A DNA stretch of 64,000 nucleotides from a virus (Duplodnaviria > Caudoviricetes), in IMG/VR virus record IMGVR_UViG_3300042307_000844; one strand, 5' to 3'. Below, one piece after another: positions 27,766 to 37,968 of this stretch. The notes beneath the pieces were generated by a model. The model had not been told where the DNA came from. It ran no database searches and saw nothing but the letters and a program-made list of their open reading frames with translations. A program made the position numbers and the translations under genes. Positions within the stretch are counted from its first letter, which is position 1. Every line of letters starts with the position of its first letter.

Positions 27766-29991
27766 GTGGCTATTTTATTTGATAAATTATCATCCTGTGA
27801 ATCTGTTCCCCTTTCCTCAAATTTGGAAGATATAAGGTTTCAGAATTTTTCAAGATATTATCAAGGAGATTATACGCTGACGTTTTACAACGCTCTTTCG
27901 GGTATCGTTGATGTCAAAAATAAGAATTATACCAATTTCTTACTGACTAGAAATACCAAAGTATCGAACATTCTCGAAAAGGAAGATCAAATTCTGAAAT
28001 CCGATTCATTATTAACCAATCTGAACTTTGGGGGTAATTTTTTGGCGTTTCAAAGAGCAGATACCAGAAGATTGGGATTGTCGGGTATCTATAACGAGAG
28101 TGAATACTACGGAAATTATAATTTCTCGACAAACGGTGATTCTTTGTCCACAAATTTTGTCATTACACTGAAACCCAACAATGTTTGCAACATTCATCAA
28201 TATTATGACTATAAAAAATATTATTTGACTAGAAATGCTAATAATGAATTAAATTTTTATACTCAAAATCTAGGATTGACTGCCTATGATTTCAAATATA
28301 TCTACTCCCGCCCAAACAAGGCTATATTCCTCTTCCAAACCTTATCTGGTGTTCCTTATTTTGTCAGAAAAACGGGTAATTCGCTGACATTATCTCCATC
28401 CACATCCGCAAATAAAGCGAGTGTTTACACCAATCCCATTTATCTGAGCAAAGACATATATTCCGATTTCAATATTAATCCAAATACTTCTTATGTTGAA
28501 TATGGGGACGATAATACCATATCGGAAAACGGAATACTAAAGGATTTGGATAATAACTATCTGTTACACCGTGAAAACGATTCAACTGATATCATTGTTC
28601 TAAAGAATCAACTCACCCAAGACAATACGTTTACATCGGGCAACACATTATTATCTTCACAAGACTTGAAATTTTTCGTTGATGGTATGCGGAATTATAC
28701 ATCCATTTTCAATGATATCGACACTGAAAAAGATGAGACTTTAGCTCTAAATTATGTTCTTTACAACAAATCATATGAAATTCTTCCCGGACTGAATCGT
28801 TTTACTGCGCCGGATAACATGTCCCCATTCAGCAGGATCAATATCAATGATACAAAATTCGTGGAATCGGGAGCATTTGGATATCCAACACCCGAATATG
28901 CAGATAAGGTATATCGCTCCGATGTTTCAGTGAGCTATGATGATGGGCAAACATATCTATGCACTTGGTTGTCCGGTTCCCCCCTTGGTAGTGATAAAGT
29001 TTGGGTGGATCGTTACTATTACCCCGATTTGATTGAAAAATCCTTGGCACTGGTGGGAGATAATTCATTCAATCCTACATATGATGATGTGGTGGAGGAA
29101 TTAGTGACTGGAAATACATCAATACGGGACAGTCTCTCATCTTTCACGGTGTTTGATAAAAAAAGTGATATGTTATTTGTACCGAATTGCAAATACACAT
29201 ACGAAAGAATTAAAGCGGAAGAGTCTGTAACCGATCCGGTGGTGATAACACCCTGTCAATCCCTAACAACAACCGGAAATAATATTAATTATTTCAAACA
29301 ATTGAATGATGCTAGTAAATTCACCGTAAAATTTTATTTTGATGGTAATAGACAAAATTGGAAATTCAAAAGCAAACGAAATAATACCAATGGAGGACTC
29401 ACCATTGAAAAAAGAGGTGATAATCTCATATTTGAAATGAACCTTTATAATCCCGGATTCGTTGAAACCACCACTTTCACGGAAACGGTTGTGTATAAAC
29501 CATCCCAGCGCAATTTTGTTTGTGTTTCCATTGATGCTGTAACCGGACAATTATATTTCTTTCTAAATAACCAAATTGTGGGGTATTATACTTTTGATAT
29601 TTACCAATTTTATGGAAAAAGATTGGTGTTTGGAGATTTTGTTGTGAATGATGAGGACATTTTTAACCAAAATACCTTGTTGAAAGTTGGTGTAACTACA
29701 GAATATACATCAGAAAATCTCGCATTTATCACTCCAATGCTTGACGGGGAATCTAAAATAGACCCAATTACAATTACTTTACCTTGTGGTATGAGAAACA
29801 GCACCGACACGGTTGAATATCTTCAAAGTGTGTGCAACAATCAAGCTTATAAATCGAATTTTGTCAATATATTCATCAAAAATGTTGAATTGGAAGATTC
29901 TGATATGGATGGACTTCGTAATCGTATATCTTCAGAGATTGTTGATCGCTCTTCAATAACCACTCAAATAAATAATTTAACAATCCCATGA
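27766..29991 (+). CDS. Large virion structural protein with possible C-terminal LamG/ConA-like domain
   Basis: GTG start 5 nt after TTAAATA; NFVCVSIDAVTGQLYFFLNNQIVG resembles LamG strands. Confidence 0.6.
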   Translation: MAILFDKLSSCESVPLSSNLEDIRFQNFSRYYQGDYTLTFYNALSGIVDVKNKNYTNFLLTRNTKVSNILEKEDQILKSDSLLTNLNFGGNFLAFQRADTRRLGLSGIYNESEYYGNYNFSTNGDSLSTNFVITLKPNNVCNIHQYYDYKKYYLTRNANNELNFYTQNLGLTAYDFKYIYSRPNKAIFLFQTLSGVPYFVRKTGNSLTLSPSTSANKASVYTNPIYLSKDIYSDFNINPNTSYVEYGDDNTISENGILKDLDNNYLLHRENDSTDIIVLKNQLTQDNTFTSGNTLLSSQDLKFFVDGMRNYTSIFNDIDTEKDETLALNYVLYNKSYEILPGLNRFTAPDNMSPFSRININDTKFVESGAFGYPTPEYADKVYRSDVSVSYDDGQTYLCTWLSGSPLGSDKVWVDRYYYPDLIEKSLALVGDNSFNPTYDDVVEELVTGNTSIRDSLSSFTVFDKKSDMLFVPNCKYTYERIKAEESVTDPVVITPCQSLTTTGNNINYFKQLNDASKFTVKFYFDGNRQNWKFKSKRNNTNGGLTIEKRGDNLIFEMNLYNPGFVETTTFTETVVYKPSQRNFVCVSIDAVTGQLYFFLNNQIVGYYTFDIYQFYGKRLVFGDFVVNDEDIFNQNTLLKVGVTTEYTSENLAFITPMLDGESKIDPITITLPCGMRNSTDTVEYLQSVCNNQAYKSNFVNIFIKNVELEDSDMDGLRNRISSEIVDRSSITTQINNLTIP

Positions 29992-31766
29992 TTTCGTATT
30001 TCAAATTTACATCAGGTGAAGCATTTACCTTAAATGGTGCCGATTACTCTGGATTCTTCCACGTTGAAGAAGGGGTTGCATATACGGAACGCAAAAAAAG
30101 CGAGACTTCTGAGCAACTTACCCCGAAGAACACTTTCATTTCAGATTTCTATCTCAATAAAATGGAATTTGACAATCAATTTGATTCAATCACGGAAACA
30201 TCCGATATAACAGCCAATGTTTTTGATGTTCTCAACAAGGTTGAGATGGAAAGATTATTATCCATCATCAACCAGAATAATCTAATTGTTTTCAAATCTT
30301 TGGTTGTTAATAATCCTCAAATCATCAATTTCACGGAAAACGACTCCCATTATTACGGGTTGTCATCCACCATCGTTGACATGAGAAACGACGATCTCAT
30401 GTCGGGGAAGAAAAATATATCTCATATCGATCCATTTCGATATTCTCTCGAATGGGCATTTCTTGAAAAGATTAAATATGGGGCGTTATTTGTCAAATCT
30501 GATCAAACGTTTAAATATCTATGTTCAACTGGTTTCGAACTTTATACTCTCAAGGGATCATTTACAGATGAAGGATATATCGAATACTCCGTTCAGGAGT
30601 TGGAATTTTCCGAAGAGGTATATGGAATTGATTATGATGAATTTGAAAATAAAATAACCATTATCACGCTTGGTGATTTATTGGTATATGATTCTATTAA
30701 TTATATTGAATGCGATACTTTAGTTCTGGTGGACTCGATCAAATTAGGGGATGTTAATTCTGAAATATTTAAATGGAGTATTGAAAAGAAATTTAAGGAC
30801 TTGATCGGTAAATGGGGACGCAAATTTTATAATATCCCAAATTTTTCAACAGAATTCATTCGTTTCGGGGATAATTACAGGACATCCATTGAAAATGATG
30901 CTCTTGTTCTTAGAAATAAATACTCAACAGAAAAAATAATTGAGTTCAATTTAGCATCCCTTGGGATTGAGGAATTATTAAGCGTTAATATTCGGGTTAT
31001 TGATGATTATGTCATCATTTTACATCAAAAATCAAATATTTTTCATATTATGTTTTTTGATCCTTTGGATATTGAAGGAACGTTGAGGGACACCCCAATA
31101 TCAGAATTCCAAAATAGTGACAATTATAGGGTATCGTTTTCCAATCACGATTCCAATATATTTTATTTAAATAGTTCGGCGCAATGTCAAACCCGTGTGG
31201 TATCAAACCCAACATATCCAACAGGGCAAATGCGAGAAAGCAACCTCAAGTATGTGAAAAAAGAAACGTGGAAAAATTATATCCAAAAATTTGGAAATGG
31301 TAATTTGAAATGGAATACCACATCTCTGGATTCCAATTATTACACTAATTATATGTTCGATAATATCGTTAAATCTGATAAAAATTACGTTTTCTTATTG
31401 AATTCTGGTAGAATATATCCTCTTCGGCAAAATATTCCCGATTCATATCTTAGTTCCATTTCCTTGGATTTAATAAAAAATTATGATGGTGTCAAATGTG
31501 CAGACACTTCGTATGGATTATTTTTCAACAAAACCATATCATACATTCTCAAAGATATACTAACACTTTATACAAATGCAACCAATTCCTACTCAATTGG
31601 TAAAAATGACGTATTTCTAAATAAAATACAAGAAATCACATACGACACCAACAATCTTTACATGAATGGGAATGAATCTGTCAATGTTTTGATGATGCAA
31701 CGCATCTTAACACTATTAACCGATCTCCAAAAACAATTGGTTGCCAATTTGATAACCGTGGATTAA
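29988..31766 (+). CDS. Virion structural protein
   Basis: 592-aa ORF coupled to the previous gene in the structural run. Confidence 0.6.
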   Translation: MISYFKFTSGEAFTLNGADYSGFFHVEEGVAYTERKKSETSEQLTPKNTFISDFYLNKMEFDNQFDSITETSDITANVFDVLNKVEMERLLSIINQNNLIVFKSLVVNNPQIINFTENDSHYYGLSSTIVDMRNDDLMSGKKNISHIDPFRYSLEWAFLEKIKYGALFVKSDQTFKYLCSTGFELYTLKGSFTDEGYIEYSVQELEFSEEVYGIDYDEFENKITIITLGDLLVYDSINYIECDTLVLVDSIKLGDVNSEIFKWSIEKKFKDLIGKWGRKFYNIPNFSTEFIRFGDNYRTSIENDALVLRNKYSTEKIIEFNLASLGIEELLSVNIRVIDDYVIILHQKSNIFHIMFFDPLDIEGTLRDTPISEFQNSDNYRVSFSNHDSNIFYLNSSAQCQTRVVSNPTYPTGQMRESNLKYVKKETWKNYIQKFGNGNLKWNTTSLDSNYYTNYMFDNIVKSDKNYVFLLNSGRIYPLRQNIPDSYLSSISLDLIKNYDGVKCADTSYGLFFNKTISYILKDILTLYTNATNSYSIGKNDVFLNKIQEITYDTNNLYMNGNESVNVLMMQRILTLLTDLQKQLVANLITVD

Positions 31767-31769
31767 ATA
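31763..31769 (+). promoter_or_regulatory. Late promoter box
   Basis: TTAAATA-ATGTT-ATG. Confidence 0.65.
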
Positions 31770-31774
31770 ATGTT

Positions 31775-32653
31775 ATGACTTTACCAGATTTAACAGACCA
31801 ATTCGCTGCGGATTCCTTTTTAGGGATATTACACACCAGCAACAATGCACTAACAACAAGCGATCTTAAAACCATATATGATGGTGTTGGAAACCCATCA
31901 TCTTTGAAATTATCTAATGATAGAGCGTCAATAGCTGGAATAACATATCCGCTATCTGATCCCGGTTTTAATCTCAGTCTTATGACATCTGGGGGAACCA
32001 ATGTTTTATCACTCAGTTCTTGGTCGCAAATACAGCAATTTTTAGGGGGTATTGCAAATGGTTCTTACTATAATCCCATCATCACTATGACCGATGGGAC
32101 TATTACGAACATAACCACAGCACCAAAAGGCATACAAACATATACAATAGCAGGTTCCTACACATTCACCGTGCCAGAAAATGTCAAAGTAGTGAAATTC
32201 ATTGTGACAGGTGGTGGGGGATATGCTGTAGTTAGAAGTGCTGGTGGGGGAGGAACTGCCATTGGGTATATGGATACTATTCCCGGTGAAGAATTCACTG
32301 TTGTTGTGGGTGCTGCTGGTAATTCGGGGAATGCTGTCGGTGATACATCATCGATAACAGATGATGATGGTAATATTGTAGCATCTGCCACAGGAGGAAA
32401 TACCACGACGGTTTTTGGTGGGAGTTATGGTGGAGGGGGAGCTAATATTGGTTCCTCTCCGAAAGTTACGTCATTTTTGGAAGTCAAAGGTGGGGATGGT
32501 GGACACGCTGTTGCTGGGGAGAATGATAGAGACTCCACTGGTGGGTCTTCTTATTGGGGTGGAAGTCGAGCATATGGTGGAGGGGTTGGGTGTAGCACAG
32601 CGGGGGCGAGTGATAGCGTAGCTGGTAGTGGAATTGTGTATTTAGAGTGGTAA
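31775..32653 (+). CDS. Tail fibre protein with glycine-rich C-terminal domain
   Basis: YTFTVPENVKVVKFIVTGGGG...GGGGTAIG...GSGIVYLEW glycine-rich domain. Confidence 0.7.
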   Translation: MTLPDLTDQFAADSFLGILHTSNNALTTSDLKTIYDGVGNPSSLKLSNDRASIAGITYPLSDPGFNLSLMTSGGTNVLSLSSWSQIQQFLGGIANGSYYNPIITMTDGTITNITTAPKGIQTYTIAGSYTFTVPENVKVVKFIVTGGGGYAVVRSAGGGGTAIGYMDTIPGEEFTVVVGAAGNSGNAVGDTSSITDDDGNIVASATGGNTTTVFGGSYGGGGANIGSSPKVTSFLEVKGGDGGHAVAGENDRDSTGGSSYWGGSRAYGGGVGCSTAGASDSVAGSGIVYLEW

Positions 32654-32657
32654 TAAT

Positions 32658-33716
32658 ATGGCTGATATCTACATTTCAAAAATCAAAGTTCGTAGAGGAA
32701 CAAACGCTGAGATCAATTCAACCCGTTTTGACCAAGGAGAACTTGTCCACGCAACAGATTCCAAACGTCTATTCATTGGTAACGGAGTGTTGAGTGGTGG
32801 TAATCCGGTTTCCAGTAAAGTCCACCCCCCTCTCAACAATTATTATAGTCTTAGCACCACTTTGGCTGAAGTTGGTGATCTTGTATCTGTAAATTCAATC
32901 TGGTATCAACTTACTGCATCTCCTTATAGTTCCGCCACGAATTGGGGAGATGTGAGAACAAAATTCTCTTCTGAATTTATATATGATTCGACTTCCACTG
33001 TTAATATGGCAGTAAGTGGACTATCGGCATCCAAAATTAACCCAAACACGGTTACAAATGGTGTCAATATCATTGATGGTAAAATTCAATTAAATTATAG
33101 AACAAATTTCTTTGAAATATCTTCCAATCAACTCTCCATAAAAACAGGAGGAATCACAACAAGGGAAATTCTTTCATCTTCTTTCAGTAATGGATTGAGT
33201 GGTGGTAATGGAAGACCAATTTCTTTGACTGTTTCCCCCACCGATTTCACATTCCAATCGGGAATACTTTCCGCCAATTACGCCAGAATTTCCGCCTATG
33301 GATTGAACACACAATCCCATTTGCCAGTATCCGCATATAACGCTCTCAGTGGAGTTACTGCTAAAGTTGGGAACACAGCATCAGTTGATAAAGTGATTTA
33401 TCAATTACAATCATTACCAGCCACCGCACTATCGAATTGGGAAGCCATTTCCAAAGATGCATTGACAATTTATGATACTCTGACTGGGAATTCCACGCAT
33501 CATTCCTTATCTGCTCTTTTTAATGGTAGTCCATCGCAACTCACGGATGGTGTGGTTCCCGGAATACAATTGACAAGTTTCACGGCATTGTCTTCCAACG
33601 GTCTTTCTTCCGTATCAATCACCTTATCTTCCGCTGGATTCATCACATTTGCGGGGGATACATCCGAAACCGGAAAAACGGTAAATAGATTCGCAATCCC
33701 AATCTTCACATACTAA
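32658..33716 (+). CDS. Tail fibre/appendage protein with Mtd-N-like N-terminus
   Basis: KIKVRRGT...FDQGELVHATDSKRLFIGNG. Confidence 0.7.
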   Translation: MADIYISKIKVRRGTNAEINSTRFDQGELVHATDSKRLFIGNGVLSGGNPVSSKVHPPLNNYYSLSTTLAEVGDLVSVNSIWYQLTASPYSSATNWGDVRTKFSSEFIYDSTSTVNMAVSGLSASKINPNTVTNGVNIIDGKIQLNYRTNFFEISSNQLSIKTGGITTREILSSSFSNGLSGGNGRPISLTVSPTDFTFQSGILSANYARISAYGLNTQSHLPVSAYNALSGVTAKVGNTASVDKVIYQLQSLPATALSNWEAISKDALTIYDTLTGNSTHHSLSALFNGSPSQLTDGVVPGIQLTSFTALSSNGLSSVSITLSSAGFITFAGDTSETGKTVNRFAIPIFTY

Positions 33717-33717
33717 T

Positions 33718-34185
33718 ATGTCAATATCAATCACCAACGACACCCTTTTAAAGTTGCTTGCCCGCCAAGGAACCAATGCAGAACGTTTAAACGTTCTGTT
33801 AAATTCAGGAGAATTTGCATTCACCACCGATACTGAACGTCTTTTCATTGGCAATGGTGCGGATAACGGGGGTGTTTTGGTTGGCAATAAATTCAAGGGA
33901 TCAAATCCCGATGTCACCACCTTCTCTCCCGCAGAAATAGGAGATTTGGCATATAATAGTGATGCTCTCGTATTATATAGACTCAAACAAAATGATGGGT
34001 CAAACTTATCCGATTGGGAAAAAATCGGCGGTTCCGGGTTGACAAGTGATATCAACCAAGCTCTGGGAGGTGTTCAGATTGATAATCTGGTTCGGGTCAC
34101 TTCGGTTGGGTGGTCAACGCTGTCTGCTTCCAACGATCCAAACACTTTTTACATCGTTTCTGATGTGAATTATATAATCGTTTAA
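33718..34185 (+). CDS. Short fibre/adaptor protein with Mtd-N-like domain
   Basis: LARQGT...LNSGEFAFTTDTERLFIGNG; C-terminal DPNTFYIV. Confidence 0.65.
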   Translation: MSISITNDTLLKLLARQGTNAERLNVLLNSGEFAFTTDTERLFIGNGADNGGVLVGNKFKGSNPDVTTFSPAEIGDLAYNSDALVLYRLKQNDGSNLSDWEKIGGSGLTSDINQALGGVQIDNLVRVTSVGWSTLSASNDPNTFYIVSDVNYIIV

Positions 34186-34209
34186 TGTAACATATACTTT
34201 GACACTGTA

Positions 34210-34686
34210 ATGCCTACAAGCACCACCACTACTCTCTCAGGCACCACCACTCCAACGCCTACTACAAGCACCACGACTGCTCCATCAGACACCACGACTA
34301 CTACAAGCACCACGACTGCTCCATCAGACACCACGACTACTACAAGCACCACGACTGCTCCATCAGACACCACTACAGAACCCCCCATCACTACAGAACC
34401 CCCCACCACTACAGAACCCCCCACAACACCATCTTTAAGTTGTTGCGCTCCCCCTCCAAACCCACCAGTAATCAATCCCCCCATCATTCTGAACTTTACA
34501 ACACGAACCATTCCCCCGTTAGTGATTGATATAACACCCCCGACATCTCTCAATCCATTTACCATTCAAATAACTACGACCACCACAACAACGACTACGA
34601 CCACAACGACCACAACAACTGTTCCAAGAACTGGAACAGTTGTGCCTATTGAATGTGAAAGTTATTGTAAAAAGCTTGGGTTCTGA
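34210..34686 (+). CDS. Mucin-like Thr/Pro-rich protein
   Basis: TTSTTTAPSDTTT repeats, TTEPP repeats, poly-Thr tract, terminal CESYC. Confidence 0.65.
   Translation: MPTSTTTTLSGTTTPTPTTSTTTAPSDTTTTTSTTTAPSDTTTTTSTTTAPSDTTTEPPITTEPPTTTEPPTTPSLSCCAPPPNPPVINPPIILNFTTRTIPPLVIDITPPTSLNPFTIQITTTTTTTTTTTTTTTTVPRTGTVVPIECESYCKKLGF
34261..34425 (+). repeat. 39-bp x about 3 then 18-bp x3 coding repeats
   Basis: actacaagcaccacgactgctccatcagacaccacgact; actacagaacccccca(tc/cc/ca). Confidence 0.85.
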
Positions 34687-34697
34687 TAATTATTAAC

Positions 34698-35534
34698 ATG
34701 CGAAAACTCACGATTGGTATTCCCACCTATAATGATTATGATGGATTATATTTCAGCATTCAAGCCATTAGAACATATCATCGGGAAGTTATAGATGATA
34801 TTGAATTTATTATTATTGATAATAATCCTGATTCTCCCCATGGGCAATCCAATAGGAATCTCACGAATTGGATCAAAGAACCTTTTCAATACCTCCCATT
34901 CACCAAATACAACGCATCCACCGTTAAAAATAAGGTGTTTTCCCTATCGGATACCCCTTATACCCTATGCATGGATAGCCATGTGATGATTGTCCCCGGT
35001 GCCTTGAAAAAGCTGATCCATTTATACGATTGTGGTGGAGATGGTGGAAATCTTTTACAAGGTCCTCTGCTTTATGATGATTTCCATCATTATTCCACCC
35101 ACTTTGATGACACTTGGAGTTCCCATATGTGGGGAACGTGGCAAACGGATGAGAGGGGCAAGGAAACGGATGCTCCCCCCTTTGAAATACCAGCCCAAGG
35201 CATGGGACTGTTCTCCTGTAGGACAGACTCATGGTTGGGATTCAACAAAGCTTTTAGGGGCTTTGGGGGGGAGGAGAAGTATATCCATGAGAAATACCGC
35301 CAACACGGTAAGAAGACGCTCTGCTTGCCCTTCCTGCGTTGGTTACACCGCTTTGAGCGTCCTGCTGGTATCCCATACAAGAATGATCTCAAGGATCGCT
35401 TTCGTAATTACATGATTGGGCATCACGAATTGGGGCAAGATACCAAAGTTCTCAAGGAACAGTTCAAAGGGGTCGTATCAGTGGAAGATATGAACAAGAT
35501 TGAAGTGGAAGCTACGATATTATCAAAATTATAA
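34698..35534 (+). CDS. Glycosyltransferase family 2 (GT-A)
   Basis: LTIGIPTYNDY; EFIIIDNN; TLCMDSHV (DxH); FRGFGGEE; ATAATTA box 5 nt upstream. Confidence 0.85.
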   Translation: MRKLTIGIPTYNDYDGLYFSIQAIRTYHREVIDDIEFIIIDNNPDSPHGQSNRNLTNWIKEPFQYLPFTKYNASTVKNKVFSLSDTPYTLCMDSHVMIVPGALKKLIHLYDCGGDGGNLLQGPLLYDDFHHYSTHFDDTWSSHMWGTWQTDERGKETDAPPFEIPAQGMGLFSCRTDSWLGFNKAFRGFGGEEKYIHEKYRQHGKKTLCLPFLRWLHRFERPAGIPYKNDLKDRFRNYMIGHHELGQDTKVLKEQFKGVVSVEDMNKIEVEATILSKL

Positions 35535-35714
35535 ACAATAGTTCTTCACATTACCCATCTCATCACGGTATCTTGCATATGAATATGTAGCTACACAAGA
35601 ATCTTCGTTTTCCTCCCATACTCCTAGAGTAGATTGCAATTCGTAAATTGCTTTAATATATTGTTCACAGGCAGATTTGGCAAGTGTAATATTTTCGTAG
35701 ATTATTTCTTCCAT
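35529..35714 (-). CDS. Hypothetical protein
   Basis: 61-aa ORF in the minus-strand run. Confidence 0.55.
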   Translation of the reverse strand: MEEIIYENITLAKSACEQYIKAIYELQSTLGVWEENEDSCVATYSYARYRDEMGNVKNYCL

Positions 35715-35717
35715 GTT

Positions 35718-35948
35718 TCAAATATTTCCCAATTGATGTTCAATTCTTGTGTCCCATAACATTGCAGGAAGTCTATCCTCAATATATTGGGTGATTGCCA
35801 ACGGTTTGATCATCTCCGCTGGATTGACTTCAAGTTCTTCCGCCCTCTGTTGAATGAAATGGAATGCTTCCACCAAGCAAGCCCATTTTGCAAATTCCTC
35901 GATGGTCATTTTGATCACCCCTCTTTTTTTAGTTTGTATTTTTATCAT
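35718..35948 (-). CDS. Hypothetical protein
   Basis: 76-aa ORF; the start may be the internal MTIEEF. Confidence 0.55.
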   Translation of the reverse strand: MIKIQTKKRGVIKMTIEEFAKWACLVEAFHFIQQRAEELEVNPAEMIKPLAITQYIEDRLPAMLWDTRIEHQLGNI

Positions 35949-36474
35949 TTAGTTTTGTTTTAATTAATTTATCGATGTTTAAATCCTCAATCGGTTCCGT
36001 GATCAGAACAGTATCAAGCTTTAAAGTAACGGAATATGTGTTATTACAGGCATCACATTTCACTTCATATTCCTCCTCCGGTTTGAAAATACCCTCAAAC
36101 ATGTTTTGACCACAGTTGCAGGGGAATCTAACGGAAGCTTCTTCCAACATACTCTCGTAGTTTTTAATCACCTCTTCCTGTTCGACCATCACCCCATCCG
36201 CTTCCTGAAGCATCTTCTCCAATTGAATCACCCGCTCATCGGTCTGTTTCTTCTCAAGCTGGTTCTCCAATTCAATAACCCTATCATCCTTTTGCTTGCG
36301 ATTGTTCCACCAAAACATTCCCACCCCACATCCAATCATGGATAACACGAAATATCGTAGGAAATCCATCTCATTTGTGGTCAACCCAAAAGCCAACCCA
36401 AGGGAAATAGTAATTCCTCCCAATATTTGCAGTCCTATTTTTTCTATTTTTTCTGTCATAATTTTTATGTCCAC
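35929..36474 (-). CDS. Membrane-anchored coiled-coil protein with Zn-ribbon
   Basis: Two hydrophobic helices, coiled coil, then CNCG...CDAC. Confidence 0.6.
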   Translation of the reverse strand: MDIKIMTEKIEKIGLQILGGITISLGLAFGLTTNEMDFLRYFVLSMIGCGVGMFWWNNRKQKDDRVIELENQLEKKQTDERVIQLEKMLQEADGVMVEQEEVIKNYESMLEEASVRFPCNCGQNMFEGIFKPEEEYEVKCDACNNTYSVTLKLDTVLITEPIEDLNIDKLIKTKLNDKNTN

Positions 36475-36848
36475 ATGTAGCCCCGCTGTTGGATGATGAT
36501 CCGCATCACTTCCGAATCCTCATCATAAAGTTCTTTCTCAATCTTCTCATATTCTTTCCAATCCTCAATCGTGTCAAGAATTTTTACGATTTCAGATCGT
36601 CCCACCTTGATCCAATCATAACATTGTTTGAGCAAGCCTTCTCTGGCCTTGATCAGATCGACAGTCTCTTGCGTCACATGTCCTTTCTCAAGCTCTTCTT
36701 TGAATAGCTCATCAAGATTATCACGAAGACCTCGTTCTTCCTCCACATAATGAACCAGAGATTCAAATAAACAGATTTCCAGCAGTGCGTCCTTATCCAT
36801 CCAAGTTCCTTTGAGCTTGTTTGTTAGCCATCTTTGTTGATTTTTCAT
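36465..36848 (-). CDS. Hypothetical protein
   Basis: 127-aa ORF. Confidence 0.6.
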   Translation of the reverse strand: MKNQQRWLTNKLKGTWMDKDALLEICLFESLVHYVEEERGLRDNLDELFKEELEKGHVTQETVDLIKAREGLLKQCYDWIKVGRSEIVKILDTIEDWKEYEKIEKELYDEDSEVMRIIIQQRGYMWT

Positions 36849-37031
36849 TTATTTTTCAGATTTATAGTGTGCGTATAACCCAACCACACCCAAGAGTATC
36901 CATGTAAATGGAAGATAATCAAGATTTTTTATGTTAATGAGAAGCAATAGCGGGGTAGTTATCACACCCATCACACACCCAAACATGAGTTGATTCCAAA
37001 GTTGTTTGTTCATTTCTTTATTACGTGCCAC
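36849..37031 (-). CDS. Small membrane protein
   Basis: Two hydrophobic segments in 60 aa. Confidence 0.5.
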   Translation of the reverse strand: MARNKEMNKQLWNQLMFGCVMGVITTPLLLLINIKNLDYLPFTWILLGVVGLYAHYKSEK

Positions 37032-37065
37032 TTTTATGTTGGATTTCGTATTTCATATTTCATAA

Positions 37066-37248
37066 TCAATTAAAATTATCTTTATCTCTGAAAATATTGT
37101 CAATTTCCCTCAAACAATTCTCCACACCTTCACTTGATAGTGAAATATTTCGAGCAATATAGAGCCTATTGCAGATATCCTGCAATTCCCCAGCTTGATC
37201 AATAAAATCCATTACCACGTCCAAATCAATTGTATTCTCGTCTTCCAT
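37066..37248 (-). CDS. Hypothetical protein
   Basis: 60-aa ORF, 7 nt after the TTAAAAACTAGACTACAAT box. Confidence 0.6.
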   Translation of the reverse strand: MEDENTIDLDVVMDFIDQAGELQDICNRLYIARNISLSSEGVENCLREIDNIFRDKDNFN

Positions 37249-37255
37249 GCTTAGG

Positions 37256-37274
37256 ATTGTAGTCTAGTTTTTAA
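37256..37274 (-). promoter_or_regulatory. Conserved 19-bp box, copy 1
   Basis: TTAAAAACTAGACTACAAT-N7-ATG. Confidence 0.6.
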
Positions 37275-37621
37275 TGTCCAATTGTGAATTTCTCAAGCGT
37301 TTTATCCCCGTTCTGCATGAGATACATAATAATCTTCTCCAGATTTCCCTTGAGTTTGATAAGTTCCCCGTTTTTCTGAAATTCCTCCATTTTCAGGAGA
37401 TTTTCCAGATTTCGGGACGCTGCAAACGCATTATCCACGATATTTGCCATTTGTTGGGGTAATTCCCCAAATTCAAACGGTAGAGTGTGGGGAGCCTTGG
37501 CTTCTTTCTCATCCGTCTTGTATTTTCGCATCTGTTCCGAAGGATTCAGCGAACTTTCAAAGTCGAAATCGATGGCACCGGACGCGATTGCAGTGGAATA
37601 GGGAGAATTTGAGGCAGACAT
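37271..37621 (-). CDS. Hypothetical protein
   Basis: 116-aa ORF. Confidence 0.6.
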   Translation of the reverse strand: MSASNSPYSTAIASGAIDFDFESSLNPSEQMRKYKTDEKEAKAPHTLPFEFGELPQQMANIVDNAFAASRNLENLLKMEEFQKNGELIKLKGNLEKIIMYLMQNGDKTLEKFTIGH

Positions 37622-37629
37622 ATTAGTAT

Positions 37630-37920
37630 TTAATCACTTTTTCCATAAAGCCTGATAATTCTATAAATATCAGATGCTTCACCCACCTTTTCAACACCTT
37701 GGCAATATGAATCGTTATTACCAGCTTCTTCCTCAACCTCTGTTGCCGTCAGTGTATTACCAATTCCCATTCCAAAATCAATTCCACCCCCAATATATAC
37801 TATTTTATTTTCATTATGATAGATTCCTGTAAATATCCAAGTCTTCCCTTCTTCCCAATCATCACAATGCCACCGAATAACATCACCACATTTCACCGTT
37901 TCCCCGTTTTTGTATGTCAT
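37630..37920 (-). CDS. Hypothetical protein
   Basis: 96-aa ORF, 6 nt after the TTAAAAACTAGAATATAAT box. Confidence 0.65.
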   Translation of the reverse strand: MTYKNGETVKCGDVIRWHCDDWEEGKTWIFTGIYHNENKIVYIGGGIDFGMGIGNTLTATEVEEEAGNNDSYCQGVEKVGEASDIYRIIRLYGKSD

Positions 37921-37926
37921 ATTTTC

Positions 37927-37945
37927 ATTATATTCTAGTTTTTAA
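37927..37945 (-). promoter_or_regulatory. Conserved 19-bp box, copy 2
   Basis: TTAAAAACTAGAATATAAT-N6-ATG. Confidence 0.65.
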
Positions 37946-37956
37946 CGCTATTTCCA

Positions 37957-37963
37957 CTAAATA
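37957..37963 (+). promoter_or_regulatory. Late promoter box
   Basis: CTAAATA-CTATC-ATG. Confidence 0.7.
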
Positions 37964-37968
37964 CTATC

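Noticed and set aside
31775-34185. Diversity-generating retroelement suggested by Mtd-N-like domains
   Set aside because: No reverse transcriptase and no template/variable repeat pair seen in the window
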